Positions 40,111 through 53,904 are shown, counted from the first letter of the stretch. The stretch: DNA of 64,000 nt from Macrostomum lignano (GCA_002269645.1 NIVC01000218.1:1-64000), one strand, 5' to 3'. The notes: a model not told the origin generated them from the letters alone. Translations and numbers: made by a program.

Positions 40111-41512
40111 TCACTCCTGACCAGCCACCGGCGAGGTGCCGCGACCTCCGCAGTGCGGGCAGGTGCCGCTGCCGTCTTTAGCGGCGGCGTAGGCAGCGGA
40201 CTCGGCAATAGCAGCGGCGGCGGCGTCGGCGTCGTTAATCATGGCGGCCAGCAGGTCGGTCAGCTGCCGATTCTCCTCGGCCAGTTTGGCATTCTCTTCC
40301 AACGATTCGGACAGAGCCTGTCGGCGACTCTCGGCCAGTCTGGCCAGATATTCAGGCGAGTCCGGCTGCTCCTCGGCCGTCAGCCAGGCCAGCTCGGCGT
40401 CCGGCACACCGGTCTGGACGTTGGCATCAGTCAAAGCTGGCGGCAGCTCCGTCTGGGTGGCGGCTTCGCCGACGCGACGCCGATTCGAACGGCTGCTGAG
40501 AAATGGGAGATTGGATAGTTAGCCTACAGTGACTGGGTGCTAAGAAATGGGAGATTGGGTAGTTAGCCTACAGTGACTGGGTGCTAAGAAATGGGAGATT
40601 GGGTAGTTAGCCTACAGTGACTGGGTGCTAAGAAATGGGAGATTGGGTAGTTAGCCTACAGTGACTGGGTGCTAAGAAATGGGAGATTGGGTAGTTAGCC
40701 TACAGTGACTGGGTGCTAAGAAATGGGAGATTGGGTAGTTAGTCTACAGTGACTGGGTGCTAAGAAATGGGAGATTGGGTAGTTAGCCTACAGTGACTGG
40801 GTGCTAAGAAATGGGAGATTGGGTAGTTAGCCTACAGTGACTGGGTGCTAAGAAATGGGAGATTGGGTAGTTAGCCTACAGTGACTGGGTGCTAAGAAAT
40901 GGGAGATTGGGTAGTTAGCCTACAGTGACTGGGTGCTAAGAAATGGGAGATTGGGTAGTTAGCCTACAGTGACTGGCCGCTGAGAAATGGGAGATTGGGT
41001 AGTTAGCCTACAGTGACTGGCCGCTCTCCAACTACGTCTAACCTGAGCCAAGAAGTTCTATAAATGTTCAGATTTTCTAGAGTAGAAAAGTTAAGCAAAA
41101 ATAGCCATAGTTAGCACCCAGGCAATAAGGGATCTTTTATATGGTATTTTATTGATCATAAATCGAGGATAGTCGTTAGAGTTTGCACAGTGGTATCCTT
41201 AACTTTCAAACCTTCAGACACTGCACATTTTTTCATACATAGGGATTGACCTAAAGAAAGATTCTAGTTCCCAAGCAAAGATCCCAAGGATACCCGATTT
41301 CTAATCTCTAATTGACAAAACCAAGCACCAATAATCCCATTGATATTGTATTTGAATTCATAAATCTGCATAGACACAGACCTGCTAATAGTTGATTTAG
41401 CATCAGCAAATGGCTTGAATGCTGTCTTCTTCCGCAGCACAGTTGGCTTCAGCGCTTCCATTCTCAGACTGTGAGCAATATTTTCTTGGCCCAGATCAAA
41501 CTTGGATGCCAT
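40111..41512 (-). CDS. GMNN: Geminin-family protein, copy B. Exons 41512-41382, 40495-40111
   Basis: Same two-exon structure, both ORFs intact; AYAAAKDG here versus AYAVAEDG in copy A. Confidence 0.8.
40500..41022. repeat. 43-bp minisatellite in the geminin B intron, about 12 copies
   Basis: Same unit as 27473-28853, more homogeneous. Confidence 0.95.
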
Positions 41513-44500
41513 TTGAATTTATTGGATCTGATAATCATGAATGATTATTGGTTCATTAGGGGTAGATAATGGCAAGTTCATTTTACCAATTGAATGCATG
41601 ATTATATTATCATAAATAGGTAATAGTTATAGCAACATTTTCAGTCAAAATCAAGCTGCCAAAATCAACTAGTAGGGGCCTAGCTTTAAAGATTGCACAT
41701 GAATGACTTCAATTATTAAAATAATTGAAAACCCAATTAAAAAGTTCTAATCCAATAAAAAATATTAAAATGACTAATGACTAAGAACATGTTTAATGTG
41801 AAAAAACATTTGAATGTTTTTAATACTAAGTGGGGGTAAAAAACTACCCAGATTAAATTTTAAATTTAATGGCTTACCATAGCTTGCTCCCACTATAACA
41901 ATAACAATTAGTCTTTTACTAACCCTTTTTTCTTCTAAAAGTCAAACCCTATCAGCTGGCAAATAAACTAGTTTTCTAGGCTTATTTTGTTTCTATTTTA
42001 TTTATATAATAGGTTTACAAATATCTCAACATTTCCTAAATTTTATTTTCTATAACAGTTTTTTTAGATTTGATAGGTTCCCTATATTGGCAAAATTTGT
42101 TTTAGTATAGGCCCTAGTTTTTATTATTATTAAGTTATATATTATTGAAATAGGTTTTGGCCAATAGGAAAATGCTTATAATATAATGGAATAAATATAT
42201 TTGTTTATTTGCTAGAATTTTCTAGCATGCGCATGGATGGCAGGAGCTTGTGGCACTGGGGGCATGTGCCCCCCAGAAATTGAATCAATGTAGTAATTTT
42301 AGTGCTTTTTCTGATTTTAGGCCCTAATTAGCAGCTTATAAAGGTACCTGTGCCCCCCTTGCCTTGTGCCCGATGCCCTCCCCATCCCCTAAAATATTAG
42401 CCATTAGGCTCTACCACCCCTGAGCATGCAGGCCACTTTCTTGATTAGGCCTATAATAGTTAATAGTAGAGAATTGAAGTACACTATTTCAACAAATGTG
42501 TAATGTATTAGTAGCCTAGGCCTTGGAAATAAATATATAAAAAGAGTTAAGAATCTTTTGAATTATTAAACAACCATTAGTAATGCCATAGGCCTTAAGC
42601 AGCGCAGCACTGCATTTGAGAATAGGCCTATGGCTATATAGGTATAAGAGCAGTGGACAATGTGCATGATGTAGTGATTCTTCAACAATCAGTGGTAAAT
42701 AAAATATTAGGCCTAGCTAGGCTAATTAAGATTTTGAACATAATAATGTATGAGCATATCTAAATGTTTTAGCATGCACATTTTATAAAAAAAACTTGGC
42801 AAAAAGGCAACAACGCCAACAAGCTTAATGAAATATAATGTCCACTCCATCACGCTTAGGCAATGCCACTCCTATTCTGCTATTGAATACTTCAATACTG
42901 TGAGCCGGCAATTGTCAAGTTCCATTCGTTAAATTATTTTGACTCAAGAAAAGTAATTTACAAACTATTTTAAGTACAAATAAATACTTTTAAGAGACAT
43001 AAATAATTAGGCCCTATGACATAGTCAGGAATGACTATGCCCTATGACATAGCCTATGTCTCTTAAAATAGTTATTTAAGAGACATAAATAATTATGTCT
43101 CTTAAGCACTAAGCACTAATTCTAATCTCAAGTTGTCTTGTACTCTGTTTTTAACTTGTGTCGATCGCGTGTGCTACGTCCCAAAAATTCAGGTAGGTTG
43201 TTAAGTCCAACCAACCTATATACGGCCGAGTGAGAGAGATCGATCTGACGTGCGACATTTAACATAATTTGAATTCGTCCCTCAATGCGTGTATGATTTG
43301 AATGCATCGCAAATGCAATTCTGATATTGTAATATAATCTTATTTTACAGTCAAATTTTATGTGCTTATACTAGTATACATGCTATATTTTGATTCTTCC
43401 TAAATTTAGGATGACAGAAAATACATGTATGTCCATTTGAACTCACCGGCTTTGTAGAGCCCTCAATTAAGATTTAAGTATCAAGTAGAACTTAGCAGTG
43501 CTACGAAAACATTACTGATAAATAATATTACTGTACCTTGAGCTTTTTGCAAAATACATGATGGATGGAGCTTTCGTATACATAAATGTTTACTTATAGA
43601 AGGTAGTACATGTATGACGTTGCATTCCTGCACGATAGCTCAAATGCATGTACAGCACGCACTAACTTTTGTTGCAGTTTCCAATTAATAACACATGGTT
43701 GCTTGCTGTGAATATACAATTCTACTTTTTACTGTTAAGAGTGCATCTAAATTAATTTTTAATTAGTGTAATTAATTCACAAATTTGTGCCGCGTGCGTT
43801 CATTTTTTACAATAGTAACATGTACATGCATGCCGGGCATTGGCTTAAAATAATAGGAAAATCGCGACTTGTGCAATAATCTATAGGCCATACAATAATA
43901 ACACACGAACAGTTAAAATGAAAAGAAAAGTGTGTACGAACTTTGTTCTTTTTAGTCACAAACAACGAATAAAATTGCGCTATACACTGCGCACATAATA
44001 CTGAACTGATGCGTGCTAGCATATATTTATATTTAAAATTCATTTTATAAAGAACAGGCAATAGAGTAAAGGGCTTTGATATATAATTTGAGATTGGGTC
44101 AGATAAGCACCCGTGGATTTAGGAAGATAAAATTGGCGACACATGCTTGGAAAACACAGTAAGCGAAGCAAAAGCCGTTGGTAATAAGTTTTAATAAATA
44201 TTTAAACAAAAAAACACCCAGACAAACTAACTCAATGAGTACAATAGCTATTATTTTAACAACGAGAGGTATGAAGGGTGAGTTGGATTGATGCAGCAAG
44301 CAGACAGCTAATCCGGTAACTCTGAATGAGAACGGGTAAAAATTGACAAGACGAAATAAAACAAAATCTGACGGAGATGCGTGCAGGTGTTGCTAACAAG
44401 TCCGCGGCTGTTTGAAACCAAAACGGCAAGGGTTAAGTAAAACACGGGGGAGATTTTACAGAAAACAGGGCATTCCGTGGACTGAGAGCGATACGATAAC

Positions 44501-45352
44501 AAACTACTACCAGCTATAAGGAACAGTAGAGCTGCTTAACAAGAATGGAATGCAAAAATGTACAGAATATAAATTGAGATTAACGGCATATAAAATATGC
44601 ACATTGGGAAGTAATAAAAATGAGAACACCAAACTGGTGTACCAATATGACGAGGCAAGCAAGGAGAAGCGCACCGAACACACAAGTCTAATGAGAAATC
44701 ACAATTGAAACAATGACAAAAATAGTTGGAGCACAAAAAACCTAATAAAAACTGGAATGTTGCCATCGAAGCTGTGGGGTTTGGAGAATTTTTGGTGAGC
44801 AAAACAGCCAAATAGGTGTGGACAAAATAACCGGTAATATATATATATATAGCTCACAGGCTTGCTTGGTCTTCTCTCTATTAGAAGCAGCAACAGCAAT
44901 TCGATACTAAAAAGGCCAATTATTCTCTTTCAGCCAGTCCACCGGAAACTAAGAAAACATCAACTCTGATAAGAGTTATCAACACAGCGCCCACCAGAGG
45001 CAAACTCAAACACCAGGAAAAATGAGATTACACATTAAATTGATGGGACTCGGCAAAAAACTATGAGATTAAGACGAATTTTTGATGAGGACTTTGCGAC
45101 TAGATGGAAATTTGCTCTGTTAGAGCAAAAACATTTGTTGGAATACATGTAGCCACAGATACTTAAATAGCTAGACATGTCACTGAAATAAAAAATCTAA
45201 TAAACTTTAATTGATTCAACGTTTTTAAGCTGCAACAACCGCCGCTGGCTTTCTACAAGCAGACCCAATAAATTAGCAACTTAATTCTGTTTGATTGTCC
45301 TGTGTGCATAGCGAGCAAGAGGGAAAAGGGCCCCAAGTCCCAGCCAGACCGA

Positions 45353-45614
45353 GAGGCTCTTCACGGCAATCGATTCCAGAACCAGAATCGGTTCGGATTT
45401 CCAAGAAAAAAAGCAGTATAACTTTTTAACTTTGTTGAATGTTTGACTGCCTTAACAGCCTCACTTTGCACAATTTTTCACTTTCTTCTTGGCTATTGCC
45501 ATCCAATAATCAAAATTTTAAAGCACTAATATCTCTCTAGTTTAGGAGACAAAAAGTTATACTTTACAAATTGGTTCTGGTTCTAGAACCAGAACAAGCA
45601 ATATGAAGAGCCTC
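45353..45614. mobile_element. PIF/Harbinger-like MITE, 262 bp, present only in copy B
   Basis: TIR GAGGCTCTTCA...TGAAGAGCCTC; 3-bp TSD CGA; empty site at about 33610 in copy A; same family as 31197-31458. Confidence 0.82.
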
Positions 45615-46568
45615 CGATACACAGTTAGGTTTTCCTCCCTTTTGTCCGCTTGTCTGAATTTGATCTCTTTACTTTCTGCTCTCTCATTGGCTGAGCTAGA
45701 TTTCCCTGCCCCCCTTAGGCTGAGTTTCGTCCGTCTAACTTTGACTTCTCTCTCCTTACTGCTCTCTCATTGGCTGAGCTAGATTTTCCTGCCCCCCTTA
45801 GGCTGAGTTTCGTCCGTCTAACTTTGACTTCTCTCTCCTTACTGCTCTCTCATTGGCTGAGCTAGATTGGGCCAGACTGAGTTTCGTCCGTCTTGCGTTC
45901 ACTTGTATATCAAGTTAAATGCTTTCTCTTCATTCTTAACCCTATATGCTCCTGGGGCCACAACCCCGAGGAAGGAAAGAAAATTTAGCTGCTACATTAA
46001 ATTTAAGTAGCATGCGCAGACATATTACTGAAAAAAGAGTAGACGCTCTGCTTTTCATAACTTCAATTTCTAGTGGCATAGGAAGCTATTCTAGTATCTG
46101 TGTATGTAGCTAGGCTTTTCTCAGACAGATTCGATTGTTTCTTTAGACATCTCTTAATAAAGCGGCTAATGTATTGAGAAAGACTAAACACTGACTTAAA
46201 AAGTTGACATAAATGTAACAATTAAAGGAGCAAATAATAAAGGAGATCGCGCGCGTTTTTTAGTTAATTGTTTAGAAACATTATGACAATCATTAAAACA
46301 GTTAAGTTGAAACAAAATAAACTAAATTGGATGATTTTATTGCTAAGTTGAAAGGCAATATTTAGGAAAGCTTATTAATTGCAGTCAATAAAAAAGGTAT
46401 AGAGCGATTTTTGAGTTGTTTAAGGGGCGTTTCTTGGAATAGCTTAAGGCCTAAGGGCTACTTTTACAGTAGTTTAAGGAGTCTCTTGGAATAGCTTAAT
46501 GACGATTCTTATACTTACTGAACAAGGAGAATTTTTATTTAGGCAACCTGTGGGCTGATTTTTGGAGC

Positions 46569-48670
46569 TCACAGCGTCGACTTTGCCGACTCTTTGTTAC
46601 CGCCGCCGCGTCGGCCGGCGCTTTCGCTGCGCGCCTTCCGCCGACGGAACAGCCAAGATCCGGACAGCCGCTTCCGCCAGCTTTGCTGACCGGACTTGCC
46701 AGCTGCTTGCATCTGGTGAAGGCCGCCGCCAGTCACGGAGCGAACGCTGCCAGTGACGGAGCCGCCGCCAGCATTGGCGGATTCGTCCTGCTGCTGTTGC
46801 GGAGGCCGCGGCGTCTCCAGCGGGCTGACAACCCACAGACGGAGTGCCGATCTGCTCTCCCGGATTAGACGGCTCAGGTGCTCGTGCGATGCCCATTTCA
46901 CATCCTGGTCGCCGACTCCGATGACTACATCACGCGGCTCCAGGCCGTTCGCCTTCGCCTGGCCGCTGTCGTCTACTGAGGCCACGGTCACTGGAGCCTC
47001 GCCGGCCAGGCTGAACCCGAAGCTGCCGCTGCCGCCGCCGTCGCCTTCGCCGCGATGTAGCCGAATTTCCCGCGGCTGCGACCAGGCGTTGCGCGAATTG
47101 AAAAACCCGATTGGGCCCAGCGCGGTGAACAGGTCCTGCACCGGGTGGCGGTGGAAGTTCGGCTCATCTGGCGACAGGGCGCGGCCGATGCGGGCCCGGA
47201 TGCCGCTGGAGTAGAATGAGACCAGCTGGGCGCTGGGCTCCAGCTCGATGTCCATGTGCAGCGTGCGGGCTCTGGCGGGCAGGGGTAGGTGAAACAAGTG
47301 TTTATAATAATAATAAATATTCCCAAGAGAGCTGCAAGCATCCTGGAGCAATGCCTTCGACGACATCGTCCCACAACCAGCGCTGAGGCAATTCTGCCCA
47401 TTCCGCTGACTCCTGAGCACATGCCAGCGCGCCAGTACTGTACGCAGGCACGCACTCATACACACGCTCACACAGGGTGTACAGCGGCCCTGACTTTCTA
47501 ATCGTCAGGCATGTGCACCCTTGGTGCCCGCTAAGCTGCTCTGCCCCCTGAAAGGATGCCTTCTGCAAACACGAAAGTTTGAAGCTCGAAACCTCACAAG
47601 CATGAAACATCACATCTTCGAAAAAAAATTGAAGCTTGGAAGTTTCGTGCTTGTAGAAATGATTGACAAGACTTTTCGACGATAGGAAATTTGGAGCATG
47701 CGAAAGTGACTCGGCGAAATGATTTTATTGATGAGCAGCTGAGGATCTGGGAGGGTGCAGGCGGTGGCCTGGCAACTGAGGATCTGGGAGGCTGGCTCAG
47801 CACCTGAGGATCTGGGAGGCTGGCTCAGCACCTGAGGATCTGAGAGGCTGGCTCAGCAACTAAGGATCTGAGAGGCTGGCTCAGCAACTGAGGATCTGGG
47901 AGGCTGGCTCAGCACCTGAGGATCTGGGAGGCTGGCTCAGCAACTGAGGATCTGGGAGGCTGGCTCAGCATCTGAGGATCTGGGAGGCTGGCTCAGCACA
48001 TGAGGATCTGGGAGGCTGGCTCAGCAACTGAGGATCTGGGAGGCTGGCTCAGCAACTGAGGATCTGAGAGGCTGGCTCAGCAACTGAGGATCTGGGAGGC
48101 TGGCTCAGCAACTGAGGATCTGGGAGGCTGGCTCAGCAACTGAGGATCTGGGAGGCTGGCTCAGCAACTGATGATTTGAGCAACAATGGCAAAAACTACT
48201 ATCAGTAGCTTCAACTCAAATGAGTTAGTCCTTCAACGAGTTAAAAGTTAGTATCCCACTATAAACACTTGATGTCAAGAAATATTTTCAAAACAGAGAG
48301 CTAAACAGACAGTTGAACACTATTTCAATGCAAAAATCGTTTCGGTTAAAGACAGGATTCTCATACTGAGCAGTTCTATTTTTAGTGCTGCAGGTACAGA
48401 TCGTACCGGCTAATTCCGCTAAGTAAAGAATCTTTTAAAACCAATTCATTAGAACTTACTTAGAGTGCAGCCGATTTAGCGTGTTGCTGCACACTGCCAG
48501 GTCACTCAGCTTCTTGTTAAGCGACATCAACCGGATGGCCTCCTCGAAGCACGACATGGCCTCGGCTGCGTACAGTCGGGCTGAGGGATTCCGTGTGAGA
48601 GTTGAGTGAGCCGAATAGAATACTAGATTTTTAATGCTATCATGCAGTCACGGATTGAGAGGGGCAGACA

Positions 48671-48727
<57 letters not shown>

Positions 48728-48782
48728 CACACACACACACACAGACAGATAGACATACAGACAGACAGACGGGCAGACAGAC

Positions 48783-48869
<87 letters not shown>

Positions 48870-48872
48870 GGC

Positions 48873-48905
<33 letters not shown>

Positions 48906-51900
48906 GTAGCAGGTAACTAACCAAAGGCCCGCAGCTCGCCGGAGGTGGTGGGTTTCCTAGAATTCCTGGCCAGCAGGACTTCGGTCAGCCTGGTGACAAC
49001 CTCGGCCACTGGAACGGCCGTCCCGGACAAGGCCAGGGCGTCCACCATGAAGTTGGCCAAGGCGAGTCGGGCCAGTCCTTTGAAATAGTTGGTTTTGAGC
49101 TGCACCAGAGTCAGCCAGGTGTCCGGTATGAAGTCCGAGTAGCGCAGAATGTCGCCGGACAGTCGAGTGTCGACATTGTTGAATACGTCGCTGATAAACT
49201 CGGCGGCCTGAGCCCGGACCAGGTAGAACTCGGCCAGGCCCTGGATTGAATTCGGCTTTGACTGCGGCTGCTGGGCTGTAGGTTAATGCAGGTAAATTAT
49301 TTGGGGTCATTTGAGGTCACTAGTTGGAGCAACTGAGTTGCTGAGATGCCATGGCTCAGTGGGGAGTTGCTGAGATGCCATGGCTCAATGGGGAGTTGCT
49401 GAGATGCCATGGCTCAATGGGGAGTTGCTGAGATGCCATGGCTCAATGGGGAGTTGCTGAGATGCCATGGCTCAATGGGGAGTTGCTGAGATGCCATGGC
49501 TCGATTGGTGAGTTGCTGAGATGCCATGGCTCAATGGGGAGTTGCTGAGATGCCATGGCTCGATTGGTGAGTTGCTGAGATGCCATGGCTCGATTGGTGA
49601 GTTGCTGAGATGCCATGGCTCAATGGGGAGTTGCTGAGATGCCATGGCTCGATTGGTGAGTTGCTGAGATGCCATGGCTCAATGGGGAGTTGCTGAGATA
49701 CCATGGCTCGATTGGTGAGTTGCTGAGATGCCATGGCTCAATGGGGAGTTGCTGAGATGCCATGGCTCAATGGGGAGTTGCTGAGATGCCATGGCTCGAT
49801 TGGTGAGTTGCTGAGATGCCATGGCTCAATGGGGAGTTGCTGAGATACCATGGCTCGATTGGTGAGTTGCTGAGATGCCATGGCTCAATGGGGAGTTGCT
49901 GAGATGCCATGGCTCAATGGGGAGTTGCTGAGATGCCATGGCTCGATTGGTGAGTTGCTGAGATGCCATGGCTCAATGGGGAGTTGCTGAGATGCCATGG
50001 CTCGATTGGTGAGTTGCTGAGATGCCATGGCTCGATTGGTGAGTTGCTGAGATGCCATGGCTCAATGGGGAGTTGCTGAGATGCCATGGCTCGATTGGTG
50101 AGTTGCTGAGATGCCATGGCTCAATGGGGAGTTGCTGAGATACCATGGCTCGATTGTTGAGTTGCTGAGATGCCATGGCTCGATTGGTGAGTTGCTGAGA
50201 TGCCATGGCTCGATTGGTGAGTTGCTGAGATGCCATGGCTCAATGGGGAGTTGCTGAGATGCCATGGCTCAATGGGGAGTTGCTGAGATACCATGGCTCG
50301 ATTGGTGAGTTGCTGAGATGCCATGGCTCGATTGGTGAGTTGCTGAGATGCCATTGCTCAATGGGGAGTTGCTGAGATACCATGGCTCGATTGGTGAGTT
50401 GCTGAGATGCCATTGCTCAATGGGGAGTTGCTGAGATGCCATGGCTCGATTGGTGAGTTGCTGAGATGCCATGGCTCAATGGGGAGTTGCTGAGATGCCA
50501 TGGCTCAATGGGGAGTTGCTGAGATACCATGGCTCGATTGGTGAGTTGCTGAGATGCCATGGCTCGATTGGTGAGTTGCTGAGATGCCATTGCTCAATGG
50601 GGAGTTGCTGAGATACCATGGCTCGATTGGTGAGTTTCTTAGATGCCATGGCTCAATGGGGAGTTGCTGAGATGCCATGGCTCAATGGGGAGTTGCTGAG
50701 ATGCCATGGCTCAATGGGGAGTTGCTGAGATACCATTTGGGGAGTAATAAAAAGGTGGGGTGATAAAAATGCATTTCTAAGAAAACGACTTATTCAAGCA
50801 CTCACAAGGCTGCTGCTGCTGATAGTCCAATTGATATTGACACTCGTAGGCTTGCGCTCTCAACAGGTTTGCAGTCATCTCCAGTACGGCCGACTTCATA
50901 TCCATACTGGGCGCATTTGTGTAGTTCTCCGCCACGAACAGGATTGCGCCCCAGCTGCGCAGCAGCCATTTTAGCGCCGCCTCCGGCTGCTGACGGGCCG
51001 ACGAGAGCGCCAGCTGGCTGCATACGGCCGCCAAATTGTAGGCCATGCAGGCCTTCTCGAATGCCAAGCTGCGCTGGGTGAAGGCCACACCGGTGAACGA
51101 GTCGAACCAGTGGAAGAATAGGCTGTGCGAGCGCCACGGGGCGAAGAACCTGCGGTCCAGGTACCTGGGTGAGAGAGCCAGTTAGCGACTGATTCAATGA
51201 GCGAGTGAATTCCTAACTGAGTTCACAAGTTTACGAGTTCAGGAGTTTATGAGTGAGTTCAAGGTTCAAGGTTCGTCCACCATCCTGCGCCGGCGGCGAC
51301 TTCAACTGGCGGGCCACGTGATCCGGGCCGAGGGCTACTGCCCCCAACCTGTTCAGGACGTCCTGCTGCTCACCTTGCAGGGTCCGTTCAGGCAGGGTCG
51401 GGCCCGAACCCGTCGATACGTGGACGACACTGCCAACGAAGCGGACTTTGTTCGCTCCCAGGCTCTGCGGCGCGCCATCTGACGCGCCCTGCTCTAACTG
51501 TGACTGTGCATGCGGGGTCGCGTATTTTGTTGTTGTTGTTGTTGTTGTTGTCAAGGTTGAGTTCATGAGTTCATGAGTGAGTTCATGAGTGGGTTTATGA
51601 CCAAGTTCAAGGTTGAGTTCATGAGTTCATGAGTGAGTTCAGGAGTGGGTTTATGACCAAGTTCAAGGTTGAGTAAATGAGTTCATGAGTTCATAAGCGA
51701 GTTCATGAGCGAATTTATGAGTGAGCTCATGGGTGAGCTCATGAGTTTATGAGTGAGTTCATGAGTGAGGTTATGAGTTAATGAGTTTACAAATGATTAA
51801 TTCATGAGCGAGTTAATCAGCTACAAGCAGTCAGCTGAAGCGGCCAACTTACCACAGGTGATTCAAGTAGACAAAGATGTCCGCCACGCCCTGCTCGGAG

Positions 51901-52808
51901 CGCAGCGGCCTGCGCGCGGCCTCTCGCAGGCGGTTGAGCTCAACAAAGCAGTGCCGATAGTCGTCCCGCCTGGCGCTGTAGTGCTCCTCGATGAAGTCGG
52001 CCAGCGCAGGCTCATAGTCCAGCGGCCGAGTCTCCTTCAAGCCCAGCGGGATCATAGGCAAACAGGCGCTGGTGTCCTGGTACACCTCCAGCGCCTCGTT
52101 GATGTCGGCGAGTTCCCGCTGAAGCAGGTCCAGATTAGAATAGGCGTATTTCAATTCAACAGAAATTTGCGCCTTGGCCTGTTTGTCTCGCGTCACCCTC
52201 AGCATGTTCTCAGCGCCTTTGGTCAGCTGCAGCTCGCGGTGAATTTTCTCGTTCACCTCGCAGCGCTTCACCTGAAGGCGGGACCGGCCGGTCTGGCGGA
52301 CAGCCTGGCCTCGTTGTGGCTGACCGGGCAATTCTGATTGCCGCTCTTCCTGCTGCTGCTGTTGCTGTTGTTGCTGCTCTTGACGCTTGCGCAGATGCTC
52401 TAAATATTGTTGCTGCAAAAGCAGCTTCTGCTCTTCTAATTGTTGCTTTTTTTGCTGCGATAATTGCAGCGAAGCGGCGCCATTGCTGGTGGCGACGTGT
52501 GTCGGCGTAGCTGACGGCCGAGGCGGAGTCGGCGGCGGCTGAGGCTGCGGCTGCTGAGGCGAAGTTGGCGCTGATTGGCGGGGCGGAGGCCGCGGCGCCG
52601 GCGGCTTGTTGGAGCGAGGCGCCCGGCCAGCCGACTGGCCCGGCTGCTGCTGACGGTGCAGCCCCAGGCCGTTGCTCACTGCAGCTCCGCCGGAACTGGT
52701 ACCGTTTTGCTGCTGTTGCTGCTGTTGCTGCTGCTGCTGCCGCTGCTGCTGCCCGTTGCGAGGCAACTCTTCAGCGGTAGCCGACTTGCGGTATCCCACT
52801 GCTGTCGC
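46569..52808 (-). CDS. RHPN: Rhophilin (HR1 + Bro1 + PDZ). Exons 52808-51853, 51164-50806, 49275-48922, 48580-48460, 47271-46569; no genomic ATG found
   Basis: HR1 (QTGRSRLQ...[10 protein letters not shown]), MIPLGLKET, Bro1 (FHWFDSFTG...[15 protein letters not shown]), [12 protein letters not shown] and PDZ ([13 protein letters not shown]). All four introns are GT-AG with matching phases. Confidence 0.92.
47770..48172. repeat. 28-bp minisatellite, about 14 copies, last rhophilin intron
   Basis: Same family as 35780-36972. Confidence 0.93.
48668..48906. repeat. (CAGA)n microsatellite
   Basis: Directly visible. Confidence 0.95.
49333..50737. repeat. 29-30-bp minisatellite GAGTTGCTGAGATGCCATGGCTCAATGGG / ...CGATTGGT, about 48 copies
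   Basis: Visible array with two interspersed variants. Confidence 0.95.
51274..51550 (+). mobile_element. 5'-truncated non-LTR retrotransposon (LINE) 3' end
   Basis: Encodes [13 protein letters not shown], a typical C-terminal motif of RT ORFs; (GTT)n tail; TSD TCAAGGTT at 51266-51273 and 51551-51558. Confidence 0.78.
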
Positions 52809-53904
52809 CTGAAAATGGGCACGCGGAAGAGGCAGAGGTGTAGAATAGTTAGTATGTTTCAAATGTTCTCACAAATCAGTATAAACATGCGCTTACAGTT
52901 CACAGATGCAAAGTGAAAGGAAGAAGAGGGTGAGAGGTGAGTGGGAGGTAGAGAAAGAGGGCAGAAGGGGAAGGAGGATAAGAAGAGGTGAAGAGGGAGA
53001 AGCTGTGGTGGAGATGGAGAGGGAGAGAGTCAGAGTGAAGATGGGGAGAGGTAAAGGTAGATAAGAGAGGGAGAGAGATAGAGGTAGAGAAGAGGGAGAG
53101 AATAGAGCAAGTGAAAGCAGACAATAGATTTCGGCTATTGAAACAATTTTCTAATGCCTACTAGATAAAAAAGAAATAAATAAGCAATTGAAATATCTTT
53201 AAACAAGTTTTCGGCAGAAAAAAATGAGCAAAAAAGTAAAACTCCTAAAAATTGATTTATCTGCTTAGTTTGTGCTTCAGTCAGTGTAGCGCATGGAGTT
53301 CAGTTTTAGGCTTTGGGCTTTGTGTATACTAGTAAAGCCTGATGCTTAAAGTCGGTTAAAGTCGCAGAAATGGATAGCAGTAGGACTGAGCGCGCATTAA
53401 GTAGTATACAACCAATTTAATTAGTAAATTACTTAGAAAAGGTTTGAAAAAAGCAATAAATTTTAATTTAAAACAAACACACGCTTGGCTTAATTAAAAG
53501 TACTCTAATGCCTAATAAAGGCAATCTAAAGGCTGTTTATGGAGTATACGAGTAATAAACCAGTCAAGAGACCACGGTAGCTTAAAAATTTTTAAATCCT
53601 TTAAAAACCTTATTAAAGTACAGCAGTATACTCGTATTGTCATAATTGCATGGTCTTTTGACTGGTTAACGTTGCCTATACTACAGATTATAAAAGTCCA
53701 TTTTAATAGACTCCTGTTCGTGCTCTGATTAATAATAGTTGGGAGTACGCACCAGGGCCAGAGGTTGGCTCTCCTTTTAAAGCAACTTCTGCCAACATTT
53801 TCAAGGGCTACAGAACAGGAGTCAATTAAATTATCAATTAAAAGAGAAACTTAGCCAAAACAAAAACAGTAGTCCATCCAGTATTAATATCGCTAGCCAG
53901 AAGC

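Larger units (their letters stand above)
37045..48172. repeat. Tandem segmental duplication, copy B (about 11 kb)
   Basis: Colinear with 23972-36972; continues into the rest of rhophilin on the right. Confidence 0.93.
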
